A DNA stretch of 64,000 nucleotides from Escherichia coli (GTDB taxonomy: Bacteria > Pseudomonadota > Gammaproteobacteria > Enterobacterales > Enterobacteriaceae). Under the pieces are notes generated by a model, which was given only the letters and a program-made list of their open reading frames with translations, did not search any database and was not told the origin of the DNA. The stretch lies in the NCBI RefSeq assembly GCF_044324875.1, contig NZ_CP172185.1; one strand, 5' to 3'. Numbering within the stretch: the first letter of the stretch is position 1; every line of letters starts with the position of its first letter. Shown here one piece after another: positions 31,678-41,252 of the stretch. The position numbers were made by a program, and so were the translations under genes.

Positions 31678-32181
31678 ATGAGCCACTTTAATGATTTATG
31701 CCAGATCAATCGTGAAGCTGAAGAAAAACGCGCTGAGGCAGCTCAAATTTTGCGGGATGAAGCGGCAAGGCTGATTGATTTCTATGAAGAATGGCTGGGG
31801 CTTCCATCCATGTACTGGGAAGACGATGATGGCGACCTGCACCGCTACGTGGAGACAGGCTTGCCATGTAAGACAGCGGCGGATTTTAGTCCTCTTTCAG
31901 TCCACAATATCGCATCTGCACCAGACAATATTTTCCGCATGGCCGTGCGAACCTGGGTTAAGTCATCTGACAGCAGCTACCCGGTAAGCGTGGTTATTGC
32001 ACTTGAATTATATTCAGTAGATGCGGAACGGGTGTCTCTGAGAGTCCGGGTGGAAGACGATATTTCTGTTCGCGTATTTATCAATAAACCCAGCGAAGAA
32101 GCCTGGGGCGATGTTGTTATGCACATGAAAAAGCACATCGCTAATCACCTGAAAAAGCGAGCGCCATCAGCACTTCGTTAA
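31678..32181 (+). CDS. hypothetical protein adjacent to portal gene
   Basis: 168-aa ORF from ATG 31678 with RBS AAGAGGA (in-frame GTG 31477 would give 234 aa); followed by hairpin. Confidence 0.5.
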   Translation: MSHFNDLCQINREAEEKRAEAAQILRDEAARLIDFYEEWLGLPSMYWEDDDGDLHRYVETGLPCKTAADFSPLSVHNIASAPDNIFRMAVRTWVKSSDSSYPVSVVIALELYSVDAERVSLRVRVEDDISVRVFINKPSEEAWGDVVMHMKKHIANHLKKRAPSALR

Positions 32182-32197
32182 GCAGAGCTGGAGAGTC

Positions 32198-32221
32198 GGG
32201 GCATAAATTTTTTATGCCCCG
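32198..32221. terminator. palindromic hairpin ggggcataaattttttatgcccc between convergent ORF and portal gene
   Basis: Seen in sequence. Confidence 0.5.
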
Positions 32222-32247
32222 GCGAAGCAGCAGACAAGCGAAGCGCG

Positions 32248-33303
32248 TCAGGATATGGGCTGGGTGTCTAACAGTGCGTAAGGGTTAAAACGGATCACCT
32301 CTTCGCCCAGCCAGTCGTTGACGTGTTTCATTGCTTCCATGACGGGCATCAGTTCGTTAATGGCAAACACACGGGCTGCCTTCTCCACATCCCCGAATGA
32401 CCCCTTCTCACCCGGCATGGCCCCCATCAGCTGCGGCGGTACACGGTGCACGGACAGCACATCATCACGCGATGCAGCCTTGACGTTCATGAACTCATCC
32501 TTTGCGGTGATTTGCTGAAACGGCAAAATCTGTACGCCATCCTTACCACCTCCCGCCGCGTGGATGAGCAGATTTTTAAACGCCCCGCCACCACGCGCGC
32601 TTTGCAGTGTTTCCCGCAGTTTTTCCATGCTTTCACGGTCAACCTGCGCCGCACCGATGTAGACAATACAGCCCGCGTGTGAGCCGTTATCGTAGTAGAG
32701 CTTGCGGAAGATATCGGCGGAATGTGACAGGCTGGCAGACAGCAGGCCGCCCAGGTAATCCGGCATCCCGTAAATCTCCTGGTTGATATCAGGATTCATC
32801 AGGTGGCATATCGTCCCCTCACGAAAGCGGTACTCTTCCTGTCCTTCCTGTATATACCACCATGATTTCATATCGCTGCCACGTCGCATGTATTTCGCCA
32901 GCGCCCGGCGCAGGGCCAGCGGTTCGCCAAGCATGTTGCGCCGCAGCTCAAGACAGGCATTACCGAACACAAACCAGTCCATCGCCACCCCGGCGAACTC
33001 CTGGCGGGACAGCAGAGGATGTGGAATATAGCAGCCCAGCAGCACATTACGTTTGAAGCTGAGCGCCGACTGGTGCCAGGACGTCTGGCGGGCAGCCCGT
33101 GCCAGTCCGTACCAGTCAACGGGCGTTTCAAACCACCGCCCGTTGTCGGCGCAGTACATGCTGTCCAGCAGGTCGGCCCCTGACAGCCGGTAAGGTCCTT
33201 CAAACGTGAAGGCACTCAGTGTCGGGTCGCTTCGCAGGGAATCCGCAAGGCTGCCCTGCGCTGCGCGGGCGTTCGTACGTCGTTGTTTATTTTTTCTGCT
33301 CAT
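32248..33303 (-). CDS. portal protein (P2 gpQ-like)
   Basis: 351-aa ORF; position and orientation as P2 Q, overlapping terminase gene. Confidence 0.85.
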   Translation of the reverse strand: MSRKNKQRRTNARAAQGSLADSLRSDPTLSAFTFEGPYRLSGADLLDSMYCADNGRWFETPVDWYGLARAARQTSWHQSALSFKRNVLLGCYIPHPLLSRQEFAGVAMDWFVFGNACLELRRNMLGEPLALRRALAKYMRRGSDMKSWWYIQEGQEEYRFREGTICHLMNPDINQEIYGMPDYLGGLLSASLSHSADIFRKLYYDNGSHAGCIVYIGAAQVDRESMEKLRETLQSARGGGAFKNLLIHAAGGGKDGVQILPFQQITAKDEFMNVKAASRDDVLSVHRVPPQLMGAMPGEKGSFGDVEKAARVFAINELMPVMEAMKHVNDWLGEEVIRFNPYALLDTQPIS

Positions 33304-35054
33304 CAGAACTCCGTAACACTGAAGGGGGCGGCATCATGTTCACCGCCGACAGGTTCGTTGATAACGGCCAGCATGGTGGCCCATGCAAGATCGCCATGGC
33401 TTACGCCTCTTGCGCGATCTGTTTCGTAGGTGATAAATCCGGCCTGCGTTTTTGTTTTGCGTACCGCGTTAAAGGCGCTCACCAGTTCGCGCTCGCTGCG
33501 GTCGTACTCCCACCGCCCGGCGCGCATGAGCTGCAGCATCTTCAGAACCAGCGTGCGCTTTGATGACAGGGTGAAGGTGTAGGGAATGGCTGCCGGAAAA
33601 AAGCGCTTCACAATCTGATACACCGCATCCCCGTGACCGCCGGTTACGTCAATACCGATATGCTCAACGTTATAGCGAAAGGTGAACTCTTCAATCACCT
33701 TCGCCTGCGCCTCAAACTCCAGCCCCTGCACCCGCCGCGTCTCCACGGTGCGAAAACGCCCGCCCGGTACGGCTGGCGGCACCACCACGACAACCGCCCC
33801 GCTGTCACCGTTCCCGCTACTGCCGTTGGCGTCGTACCCAATCCACACAGGGCGGTTCCCCATCGGACGCGGTGCAAACGGCTTCCAGTCCGGCCACTCG
33901 TCGTATCCGTCAACACCGCAGCCAATCAGGATATTCAGGTTAAATGCCGATTCCCCTTCGCGAGCAAATTCACACATGTAGAGATTGCGGAACTCGTCTT
34001 CAGTGTTATTGCGCCGGATTTTGTCAATGTTGGTTAACGTCCATCCCTGACTGACCACATCTTCCAGCGTCACAATTTGCCGCCAGATATAGTCAGGACA
34101 GATAAGGCCGTTATGAAGCGCATTCCAGCTCACATCAAAATGCTGACGTTTATGAGTACGAAGCCCTTCATTCCAGTGATCGCCGTTCCAGTATGCATAC
34201 GCCTCATGTGTTTCACTTGATGGCGTGGAAAAATAGGTACACCGCAAACCATCCAGCGTTGCCATAGCAGCAGCCACCTTGCGCAGCTCTGCGAAACGCC
34301 CCGTCCAGAAAAACTCATCAAAATACAGATTCCCTGTGTACGCTTGCGCGGTGGCCGCAGAAGTGCCGAGAAAATGCAGCTCTGCACCGTTGGAGAGGAT
34401 GACTTTATCGCCCCCTTTCAGTTCCACATCAACTTCAGATGCAGCCTTCTGAATAATGCTTTTAAACTGGAGCGCCTGACGACGAGACGCAGACAAAAAA
34501 ATCTGGTTACGCTGGTAAGGTTGTGCCACATCGTCACGCAGCGCCATCAGCAGCGCTTCCTGCGCAAAATACCAGGTCGCCCCAATCTGGCGGGATTTCA
34601 GGATCATCCTGTCAGTAATTCCGGCACGCTCACAGGCACCGATAGCATCAAGCCATTTGCGCTGGTGTCCGGCCAGCCTGTCGGTAATTTTTTCCCGCAG
34701 CGCCGCGATCTGTTCCGGCGTGAAATGATTTTTGCGTTTTTTCGCCCGGCCTTTCTTTCCTGTTGCCGTCTCATCCGGCAGACCGTCATGCAGCTTTTTA
34801 AGCTGACGGGTCAGCAAATCAATTTCCTTAAAGTCCCCGCCTGTTTTATTCTGTTTTTCCGTGAGCTGAATGAGTCGCGCATCCATGGACTGCGTGACAC
34901 GCTGAACCGGGGGCGTCTCATCCCACTGGTCGCGTTTTTTCCACGAATGGATCGTGTTCTGGTTGATACCCATAAGGCGGGAAATTTCCGCAACAGGGTA
35001 ACCCTGCCAGTACAGCTGGCGTGCCCGCTGGCGAACAAATGTATCCTGAATCAT
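33303..35054 (-). CDS. terminase large (ATPase) subunit (P2 gpP-like)
   Basis: 583-aa ORF downstream of shared divergent late promoter region; P2 order. Confidence 0.85.
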   Translation of the reverse strand: MIQDTFVRQRARQLYWQGYPVAEISRLMGINQNTIHSWKKRDQWDETPPVQRVTQSMDARLIQLTEKQNKTGGDFKEIDLLTRQLKKLHDGLPDETATGKKGRAKKRKNHFTPEQIAALREKITDRLAGHQRKWLDAIGACERAGITDRMILKSRQIGATWYFAQEALLMALRDDVAQPYQRNQIFLSASRRQALQFKSIIQKAASEVDVELKGGDKVILSNGAELHFLGTSAATAQAYTGNLYFDEFFWTGRFAELRKVAAAMATLDGLRCTYFSTPSSETHEAYAYWNGDHWNEGLRTHKRQHFDVSWNALHNGLICPDYIWRQIVTLEDVVSQGWTLTNIDKIRRNNTEDEFRNLYMCEFAREGESAFNLNILIGCGVDGYDEWPDWKPFAPRPMGNRPVWIGYDANGSSGNGDSGAVVVVVPPAVPGGRFRTVETRRVQGLEFEAQAKVIEEFTFRYNVEHIGIDVTGGHGDAVYQIVKRFFPAAIPYTFTLSSKRTLVLKMLQLMRAGRWEYDRSERELVSAFNAVRKTKTQAGFITYETDRARGVSHGDLAWATMLAVINEPVGGEHDAAPFSVTEF

Positions 35055-35116
35055 TTCTCCCCCTCATGTGATTCAGGCAGTTTACTCACCCCTTACAGGC
35101 CTCCTGCCATGCCCGG

Positions 35117-35140
35117 TGTTGTCGGCATTCGCTTACAACA
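35117..35140. promoter_or_regulatory. dyad TGTTGT-N12-ACAACA in the divergent terminase/scaffold late promoter region (Ogr/Delta-type activator site)
   Basis: Dyad seen in sequence; matches known TGT-N12-ACA architecture of P2 late promoters. Confidence 0.45.
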
Positions 35141-35208
35141 AACGCACTTTGTCTGTCCCTGCCCCGTTTTGCCATCATGAGACAAACGATCATCACGAGG
35201 GCCCGACA

Positions 35209-36045
35209 ATGCCTGAACAGAAAAAAACATCCCGTAAAACATTCCGCGTGGCCGTTTCCGGTCCCACCGCAGACGGTCGCGAAATCAGCGCCGCAGATTT
35301 GCGCGCGGCGGCCAGTAACTTCAACCCTGAGATTTACGGCGCACGCGTGAACGTGGAGCACTGGCTTTCACCGGTTCCGTCCAGTGAATTTTCCGCCATG
35401 GGTGATGTGACGGCACTGAGCACAGAAGAAATCACCGAAGGTCCGCTGGTCGGTCGTACTGCGCTGTATGCGAAAATCGAACCCACCGACCGCATGAAAA
35501 ATCTGGTCTCCCGGGGTAAGAAAATTTACTCCAGTATTGAGCTGGCACGAAATTTCACCCCTACGGGCACCCCGTATCTTATTGGCCTTGCCATGACAGA
35601 CACCCCGGCAAGCATCGGCACGGAGCGTCTTCAGTTCGCCCTGCAGCAGCGCCGTTCGGTCATGACCTTCAATAATCAGCAGACGGAAGCACCGATGTTC
35701 TCTGACGCCATTGAGGCTGAAGTGATCGAACTGACGGAGCGCCGCAGCGAGGAAGGTGCGCAGTGGTTTAACCGCGTGATGAACATGATTGGGCGAGGAC
35801 GCAGGGCTGACGACACCCGGTTCTCCCGCATTCATGACGCCGTTGAGGGGATAGCCTCATCGCATGCCGACCTTCTCGACCGCTTCAGTGCACTGGAATC
35901 GCGCCATCAGGCAGACAGACAGAAAGTCGCCACCCTGTCCACTGAGCTGGCAGAGCTGAAAAACAGACTGCGCGGACTGGACGCTGATCAGCAAAGTCGT
36001 TTTACGGCAACCGGCGGGCAGTCCAGACAACTGGCTGACTACTGA
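35209..36045 (+). CDS. capsid scaffolding protein (P2 gpO-like)
   Basis: Start MPEQKKTSRKTFRVAVSGPTADGREISA... at ATG 35209; P2 order. Confidence 0.8.
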   Translation: MPEQKKTSRKTFRVAVSGPTADGREISAADLRAAASNFNPEIYGARVNVEHWLSPVPSSEFSAMGDVTALSTEEITEGPLVGRTALYAKIEPTDRMKNLVSRGKKIYSSIELARNFTPTGTPYLIGLAMTDTPASIGTERLQFALQQRRSVMTFNNQQTEAPMFSDAIEAEVIELTERRSEEGAQWFNRVMNMIGRGRRADDTRFSRIHDAVEGIASSHADLLDRFSALESRHQADRQKVATLSTELAELKNRLRGLDADQQSRFTATGGQSRQLADY

Positions 36046-36073
36046 CAGAAATAACCACAAGAGGTGATAACCG

Positions 36074-37213
36074 ATGAATCTGATCATGAGCGATGCCGCG
36101 CGGGCCGAGCTTTTTGCTTACCAGGCACAACAGGCGGAGATGAATAACATCACGATATCTGCGCTCTCCTCCCGCTTTTCGGTACAGCCGGCAGTGCAGC
36201 AGAGATTTGAAAACGCATCAAAGGAAAGCCATGATTTTCTTCAGAAAGCCAACAGCATTGGTGTGACAGAGCAGAAAGGTGAAAAGGTACTCCTGGACAC
36301 CACCGGGCCGGTTGCGCGCACGAACAGCAGTTATGACGGTACAAATCGTCGTAACCCGCTGAATGTGGTGGACATGAAAGCGCGACGCTATGAGTGCGAG
36401 CAGGTGAACTACGACACCTTCATCTCCTACCCTCAGCTTGACATGTGGGCCGGACACCCTGACTTCCAGCTGCGTGTGAGTCGCCAGATTGCCAGACAGG
36501 TGGCACTTGATCGCATCATGACAGGTTTTAACGGTACGCACCATGCGGAAGTCTCGGATATAAAAAAACACCCGCGACTTGAGGACGTCAATAAGGGGTG
36601 GCTGCAGGATATCAGGGACCAGGCCCCGCAACGCGTCATGAAAGACGTGATGCTGACTGCGCGCAATATGGACAATTCGGTGGCATACACAGGCAGATAC
36701 GCCAATCCCGATGCACTGGTCCAGGATGCACGCTCATCCCTGCTTGACGAATGGCACAAGGACGCAGACGACCTCGTTGTCATCATGGGGCGAAACCTCT
36801 TTAACTCCCTGCGCCTGCCGGTCCTGAACAGTATCAGCATGCAGAATGCGAATGCCGAACTGCTTGCCGGACAGCTCATTGTGTCAACGCGGACCATTGG
36901 CGGCCTTGATGTGTACCTTGCGCCATTTTTCCCGGCTCAGTCAATGCTCATCACCTCATTCAGCAACCTGTCGGTTTACTGGCAGAAGGGGTCCATGCGT
37001 CGTCTCATGAAGGATGAGCCCGAATACAACCGTATCGCCATCTATCAGTCCGTTAACGACTGCTATGTGGTTGAGGACCATGGTAAGTGCGCACTGATTG
37101 AGAATATCAGCTTTGCCGAATATGACCATGACGCGCCGGACTGGTACCGGGACGCCACAAAAGCACTGTCAGCGCAGGCTGAAGACAGGGATGCAGGGGA
37201 AGAGGAGGATTAA
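36074..37213 (+). CDS. major capsid protein (P2 gpN-like)
   Basis: 379-aa ORF with GAGGTGA RBS; P2 order. Confidence 0.85.
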   Translation: MNLIMSDAARAELFAYQAQQAEMNNITISALSSRFSVQPAVQQRFENASKESHDFLQKANSIGVTEQKGEKVLLDTTGPVARTNSSYDGTNRRNPLNVVDMKARRYECEQVNYDTFISYPQLDMWAGHPDFQLRVSRQIARQVALDRIMTGFNGTHHAEVSDIKKHPRLEDVNKGWLQDIRDQAPQRVMKDVMLTARNMDNSVAYTGRYANPDALVQDARSSLLDEWHKDADDLVVIMGRNLFNSLRLPVLNSISMQNANAELLAGQLIVSTRTIGGLDVYLAPFFPAQSMLITSFSNLSVYWQKGSMRRLMKDEPEYNRIAIYQSVNDCYVVEDHGKCALIENISFAEYDHDAPDWYRDATKALSAQAEDRDAGEEED

Positions 37214-37215
37214 CC

Positions 37216-37998
37216 ATGCTGACACCGGCACAGGCTCATTTCCAGCGCGTGATGGCTTTACGGGCAGGAACGGCAGCAGAAAACGAGGATATCGTGGCCC
37301 GCACGGCTCATGAGCAGGTCCTTCACCGTCTGCGCCTGGCACAGCAACGCATAAAGGGCGTCCAGGCAAAAGCGGCAAAGGCCGCGCTCAAGCGTGAAAT
37401 GCTGCCGGGTTTTGCAGGCTGGATAGACGGCACGCTGGAAGCCGACGGCGGACAGCAGGATGAGGTGATAGCCACACTCATGGTGTGGGCCGTGGACTGT
37501 GGCGACCTGGCGCTTGCACTGCGCATCGGGGATTATGTGGTTCGCCACAACCTCACGATGCCTGACAACTTCGGGCGTACGGCAGCCACGGTACTGACCG
37601 AGGAAATCTGCAACCCTGTTCTGACACAGGCCGGAACGGATGCACACGCCGATTTGTCCGGCTACATCGAACCGCTGGACACCCTCTGGCAAATTGTCGC
37701 GAACCGGGACATGCCCGATGAGGTCCGCGCCAAGCTGTGCAAGGCATGCGCCTTTGCCCGTCGTGGCCTGACCGATGCCGACAGCATGGCGGTGAGTCTG
37801 AAGCTGTTCCGTGAGGCAATGCACCTTAACCCGAATGCGGGGGTAAAACGTGAGATTGCCACGCTTTCACGGGCCCTGAAAAAGGCCGGACAGGATGAAG
37901 CCGCTGCCGCACAGGAGCCTGCGGCACAGAAAGATACAACCAGAGAACAGACCACGACGCCGAAGGCGAAAGCGAAAGCGAAGGCGAAACGTGGTTAA
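37216..37998 (+). CDS. terminase endonuclease/small subunit (P2 gpM-like)
   Basis: 260-aa ORF with C-terminal KAKAKAKAK tail; P2 order. Confidence 0.8.
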   Translation: MLTPAQAHFQRVMALRAGTAAENEDIVARTAHEQVLHRLRLAQQRIKGVQAKAAKAALKREMLPGFAGWIDGTLEADGGQQDEVIATLMVWAVDCGDLALALRIGDYVVRHNLTMPDNFGRTAATVLTEEICNPVLTQAGTDAHADLSGYIEPLDTLWQIVANRDMPDEVRAKLCKACAFARRGLTDADSMAVSLKLFREAMHLNPNAGVKREIATLSRALKKAGQDEAAAAQEPAAQKDTTREQTTTPKAKAKAKAKRG

Positions 37999-38100
37999 CG
38001 GCTGACCCCGTCAGAAGGCGGCGTGCCGGGCGTTCCGGTTACGGTTTTCCGTTCCCCTTACACCCGGCACCCACCGCTTTTTTTTCTGAAGGAGCGATTT

Positions 38101-38595
38101 ATGAGCATGGTCGCAAGACCGGAAGCCGCCCCTGCGCGGGACGACATCACCGACACCGACGACGGCGACGCCACCATCACCGCCGGGGCATTCTGGCCGG
38201 AGATTGTGCTGCGGGAGCTGCGCCTTGCAGTACGCCTGCCGGGCCGCATCACCTCCACACGTCTGGCGCACGTTGCCACGGGAGCCGTGGCTCACGTCAC
38301 GCGGGAGCTGGAAGAGTGGCAGCAGGCGCAAATCGCCGCAGGATTCAGCACGCTGACAGACGTACCTGCCGCCACCATCAACGGTGAGAGCGTCAACGCC
38401 TGGCATTACCGGCACGCCGTCTACAGCGCCACCCGTGCCCTGATTCTGGAACGCTGGCGGGATGTGGACACCACCGACAAGGGGGACCGCAGGGCTGACG
38501 CACTGGATGAGCAGGTGGAGGACCTGTGGCGCGACGTGCGCTGGGCGATTTCCGATATTCTCGGCTTTCCCCGTCTTTTTGTGGAGCTTGTGTGA
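38101..38595 (+). CDS. head completion/stabilisation protein (P2 gpL-like)
   Basis: ATG 38101 with AAGGAG RBS; P2 order. Confidence 0.75.
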   Translation: MSMVARPEAAPARDDITDTDDGDATITAGAFWPEIVLRELRLAVRLPGRITSTRLAHVATGAVAHVTRELEEWQQAQIAAGFSTLTDVPAATINGESVNAWHYRHAVYSATRALILERWRDVDTTDKGDRRADALDEQVEDLWRDVRWAISDILGFPRLFVELV

Positions 38596-38792
38596 TGAAA
38601 GTGAGGGCACTTCAGGGGGACACCGTCGATTTACTCTGTTTCCGGCACTACGGCACCACGCAGGGGGTGACCGCACAGGTACTTGATGCCAATCCCGGGC
38701 TCTGCCGCCAGGTAATTCTGGAAGCGGGACAGGAGGTGGAGATGCCGGAGCCGGAAAGGAAACAGCAACGCGAAAAGGTAAAGCTATGGTGA
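38595..38792 (+). CDS. tail protein X (P2 gpX-like)
   Basis: 65-aa MKVRALQGDTVDLLCFRHYG... recalled as gpX-like; ATGA overlap. Confidence 0.7.
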   Translation: MKVRALQGDTVDLLCFRHYGTTQGVTAQVLDANPGLCRQVILEAGQEVEMPEPERKQQREKVKLW

Positions 38793-39076
38793 CGGGATTT
38801 TTTCAGCGCGTCAGTGACTGGATCACCTTCTGGGCGTCAGTGACGGCAACAACCATTGGTGTTATGACCATCAGCGAAAAAATTGCGCTGGCCGGGCTGC
38901 TTCTGGGGTCACTTTCCGCCATCCATGCCTGGCGCCACCGCAGGCGTACGGAGCAGGCAATGAAGCGCCGCAATGACCTTATCGCCCGCATCCTGGCACG
39001 TTCAGAAAACCGCGAGCTTCACGACGGTGAGAGACGGGCACTGGACAGCGTGAGACAGGACGGAGAAGAGCGGTGA
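38786..39076 (+). CDS. holin
   Basis: 96-aa ORF with two hydrophobic segments and charged C-terminus directly upstream of endolysin. Confidence 0.6.
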   Translation: MVTGFFQRVSDWITFWASVTATTIGVMTISEKIALAGLLLGSLSAIHAWRHRRRTEQAMKRRNDLIARILARSENRELHDGERRALDSVRQDGEER

Positions 39077-39618
39077 AACTGCCGGTAAAACGTTATGCGG
39101 TGGCGGCCATTGTGGCGCTGGGCGTCTCCATGGCACCCGGTGAACTGAGAACCTCACGGGAAGCACAGATAAAAATCGCCACCCGGGAAGAGTGCCGGGC
39201 GACACCGTACCGTGATATTGCAGGAGTAATGACCGTGGGATGTGGTTCAACAGGGGGCGTGGAGAACCGGGTTTACGGAGAAAAGGAGGTGGCCCGCCGC
39301 TGGGTGAATGACCTGCGGCACGCGGAAAACTGTATCAACCAGAACTTCAGCGGTGCCGCCATGCCCCAGTCCGCCTTTGAGGCGATGACCGACGCGGCGT
39401 TCAACGTCGGCTGTACCGGCCTGATGTGGTACCGGGACAGGAGCGGCAACCGGCAGCGCACCACCATCTGGAAGCACGCACAGGCGCACCGCTGGGTGGC
39501 GATGTGCGGGAGACTGACCGATTTTGTCAACAGTGGCGGACGCCGCTCACAGGGGCTGGTTAACCGCCGGGAGGAGTTCAGACAGTGGTGTCTTCGCGAC
39601 ACGGGAGGCAGCACATGA
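39073..39618 (+). CDS. SAR-type endolysin (T4-lysozyme-like, GH24)
   Basis: N-terminal hydrophobic signal-anchor YAVAAIVALGVSMAPG then E...D...T region (TREECRATPYRDIAGVMTVGCG). Confidence 0.75.
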   Translation: MKLPVKRYAVAAIVALGVSMAPGELRTSREAQIKIATREECRATPYRDIAGVMTVGCGSTGGVENRVYGEKEVARRWVNDLRHAENCINQNFSGAAMPQSAFEAMTDAAFNVGCTGLMWYRDRSGNRQRTTIWKHAQAHRWVAMCGRLTDFVNSGGRRSQGLVNRREEFRQWCLRDTGGST

Positions 39619-40022
39619 GACCGGTTTACGCCGTGATTGTTGCCCTCATGGTGACCGCCCTGACGGCAGTGGCCATGTGGCAGTCATACCGGCTGGGGCG
39701 TGCCGGTGAGGCACGTGACGCCGCAGAGCAGCAGCTGGGCGAATACAGCCGGGCGCTGCGTGAGTCCTCCGCCGTTATCAGCGATGCCTCCGCCGTACTG
39801 CATGAGGTGATGACGCAGCGACAGAAAAGGGCACAGGAAGGAGAAGTCAGACGTGAACAGCTTCGCGAAATTGCTGCGACGGATGAGTGCGCCGGCACTC
39901 TTCCTGACCACCGTTTTACTGACCGGCTGCGCGAACACACGGAACGCGCCACTGCCCGCGCCCTCCTTCCGGTTCATTCCGGCGGGACTGACGACGGGAA
40001 CACGGCCCCCGCCCTTCCCTGA
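39615..40022 (+). CDS. i-spanin (Rz/LysB-like)
   Basis: N-terminal TM (VYAVIVALMVTALTAVAMW) followed by charged helical region. Confidence 0.55.
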   Translation: MRPVYAVIVALMVTALTAVAMWQSYRLGRAGEARDAAEQQLGEYSRALRESSAVISDASAVLHEVMTQRQKRAQEGEVRREQLREIAATDECAGTLPDHRFTDRLREHTERATARALLPVHSGGTDDGNTAPALP

Positions 40023-40167
40023 ACACCCCACATGGGGAAATATCGGGATATGGAGCGACAGCCTCCTGGATGCACTGGAAACCTGCAACGCAGACAAACA
40101 GGCCATTGAGGCGCTGGAGCGCCGGAGACTCAACCGACAGAACGGAGGGGGACATGCTGAAAAGTAA
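39883..40167 (+). CDS. o-spanin lipoprotein (Rz1/LysC-like), overlapping i-spanin in another frame
   Basis: Lipobox LFLTTVLLTGC, Pro-rich; embedded in spanin gene. Confidence 0.5.
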   Translation: MSAPALFLTTVLLTGCANTRNAPLPAPSFRFIPAGLTTGTRPPPFPEHPTWGNIGIWSDSLLDALETCNADKQAIEALERRRLNRQNGGGHAEK

Positions 40168-40618
40168 ATCCCTGAGCACACACATGAGTACAGCGTGCCG
40201 GTGGTGCAGGGCCAACCCGGAAAAGTTCACCGTGTTCATTGAACGTGGCGGGATAGAGACCACCGGCGAGACGCCGACGTTCGTGTACAACTACCGGCTC
40301 GTGATGTTCGTCATGGACTACACGGGCGACCTGGACGACCTGACGCTTCCACTGATTGTCTGGCTGGCAGAGAACCAGCCGCAGTTGCTGCTTAATCCTG
40401 AGCGCAACGGCGATATTCAGTTCACGGCGGCCATTAACGACGACGACAGTGCGGACGTGCTTTTTGAGCTGCCGCTGCGCGAGCGCGTGCGCGTCACCCG
40501 CAGGGATGACGGCACCCTCACAACGGAACATCTGCCGGAGCCGAAATCGCGCATCCCGCAGGACGGCGACTGGTCGCACATTCTGGAGGATGTGACGTGG
40601 GAGGTGACCGGTGACTGA
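40154..40618 (+). CDS. tail completion protein (P2 gpR-like)
   Basis: ATG 40154 (MLKSKSL...); P2 order. Confidence 0.7.
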   Translation: MLKSKSLSTHMSTACRWCRANPEKFTVFIERGGIETTGETPTFVYNYRLVMFVMDYTGDLDDLTLPLIVWLAENQPQLLLNPERNGDIQFTAAINDDDSADVLFELPLRERVRVTRRDDGTLTTEHLPEPKSRIPQDGDWSHILEDVTWEVTGD

Positions 40619-41252
40619 CAGGGCTTTCACTGAACTGGACCGCACAATGCGGACCATCAGCAGCGGACTTTCCCCGCAGGCACTGAGCCGCATTGCCGGA
40701 CAGCTTGCCAGAGAGGTTCGCCGCAGCCAGCAACAGCGTATGCGCGCACAGAAAGCGCCGGACGGTACACAGTGGGAGCCGCGCAGACGGCGCATCAGCC
40801 GCCTGCAGCAGCGTATCCGCTTCATCCGGAACAACGAAACCCGCACGCTGAAAAACTGGCATCACGACGTGAGCAGACACGGACGCACCATCACCGGCTG
40901 GGATGAGGATAAGGGAGGCCTGCGCACCTTCTACCGGGAGGATATCACCCGTTATATTGAAATCAGCACCCGCCGCATCAGCCGCAACGCCACAAAGACC
41001 GTACCGATGTTTGCGAAGCTGCGCACGGCACGCTACCTGAAAGCCAGAGGCGATGCGGGCGGTCTGACCGTCGGTTATGACGGCGTGGCGGCACGCATTG
41101 CCCGCGTTCACCAGTTCGGGGAGCGCGACCGGGTGGCCGCAGGGGTGTATACGGATTATCCGGCCCGTGAACTTCTTGGAATAACACCGGCAGATGAACG
41201 GCTGATTGCCGACAGGCTACTGAACCGCATTGCGGGAGAAATATCATCATGA
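40611..41252 (+). CDS. virion morphogenesis/tail completion protein (gpS position)
   Basis: 213-aa ORF overlapping neighbours; positional. Confidence 0.6.
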   Translation: MTDRAFTELDRTMRTISSGLSPQALSRIAGQLAREVRRSQQQRMRAQKAPDGTQWEPRRRRISRLQQRIRFIRNNETRTLKNWHHDVSRHGRTITGWDEDKGGLRTFYREDITRYIEISTRRISRNATKTVPMFAKLRTARYLKARGDAGGLTVGYDGVAARIARVHQFGERDRVAAGVYTDYPARELLGITPADERLIADRLLNRIAGEISS

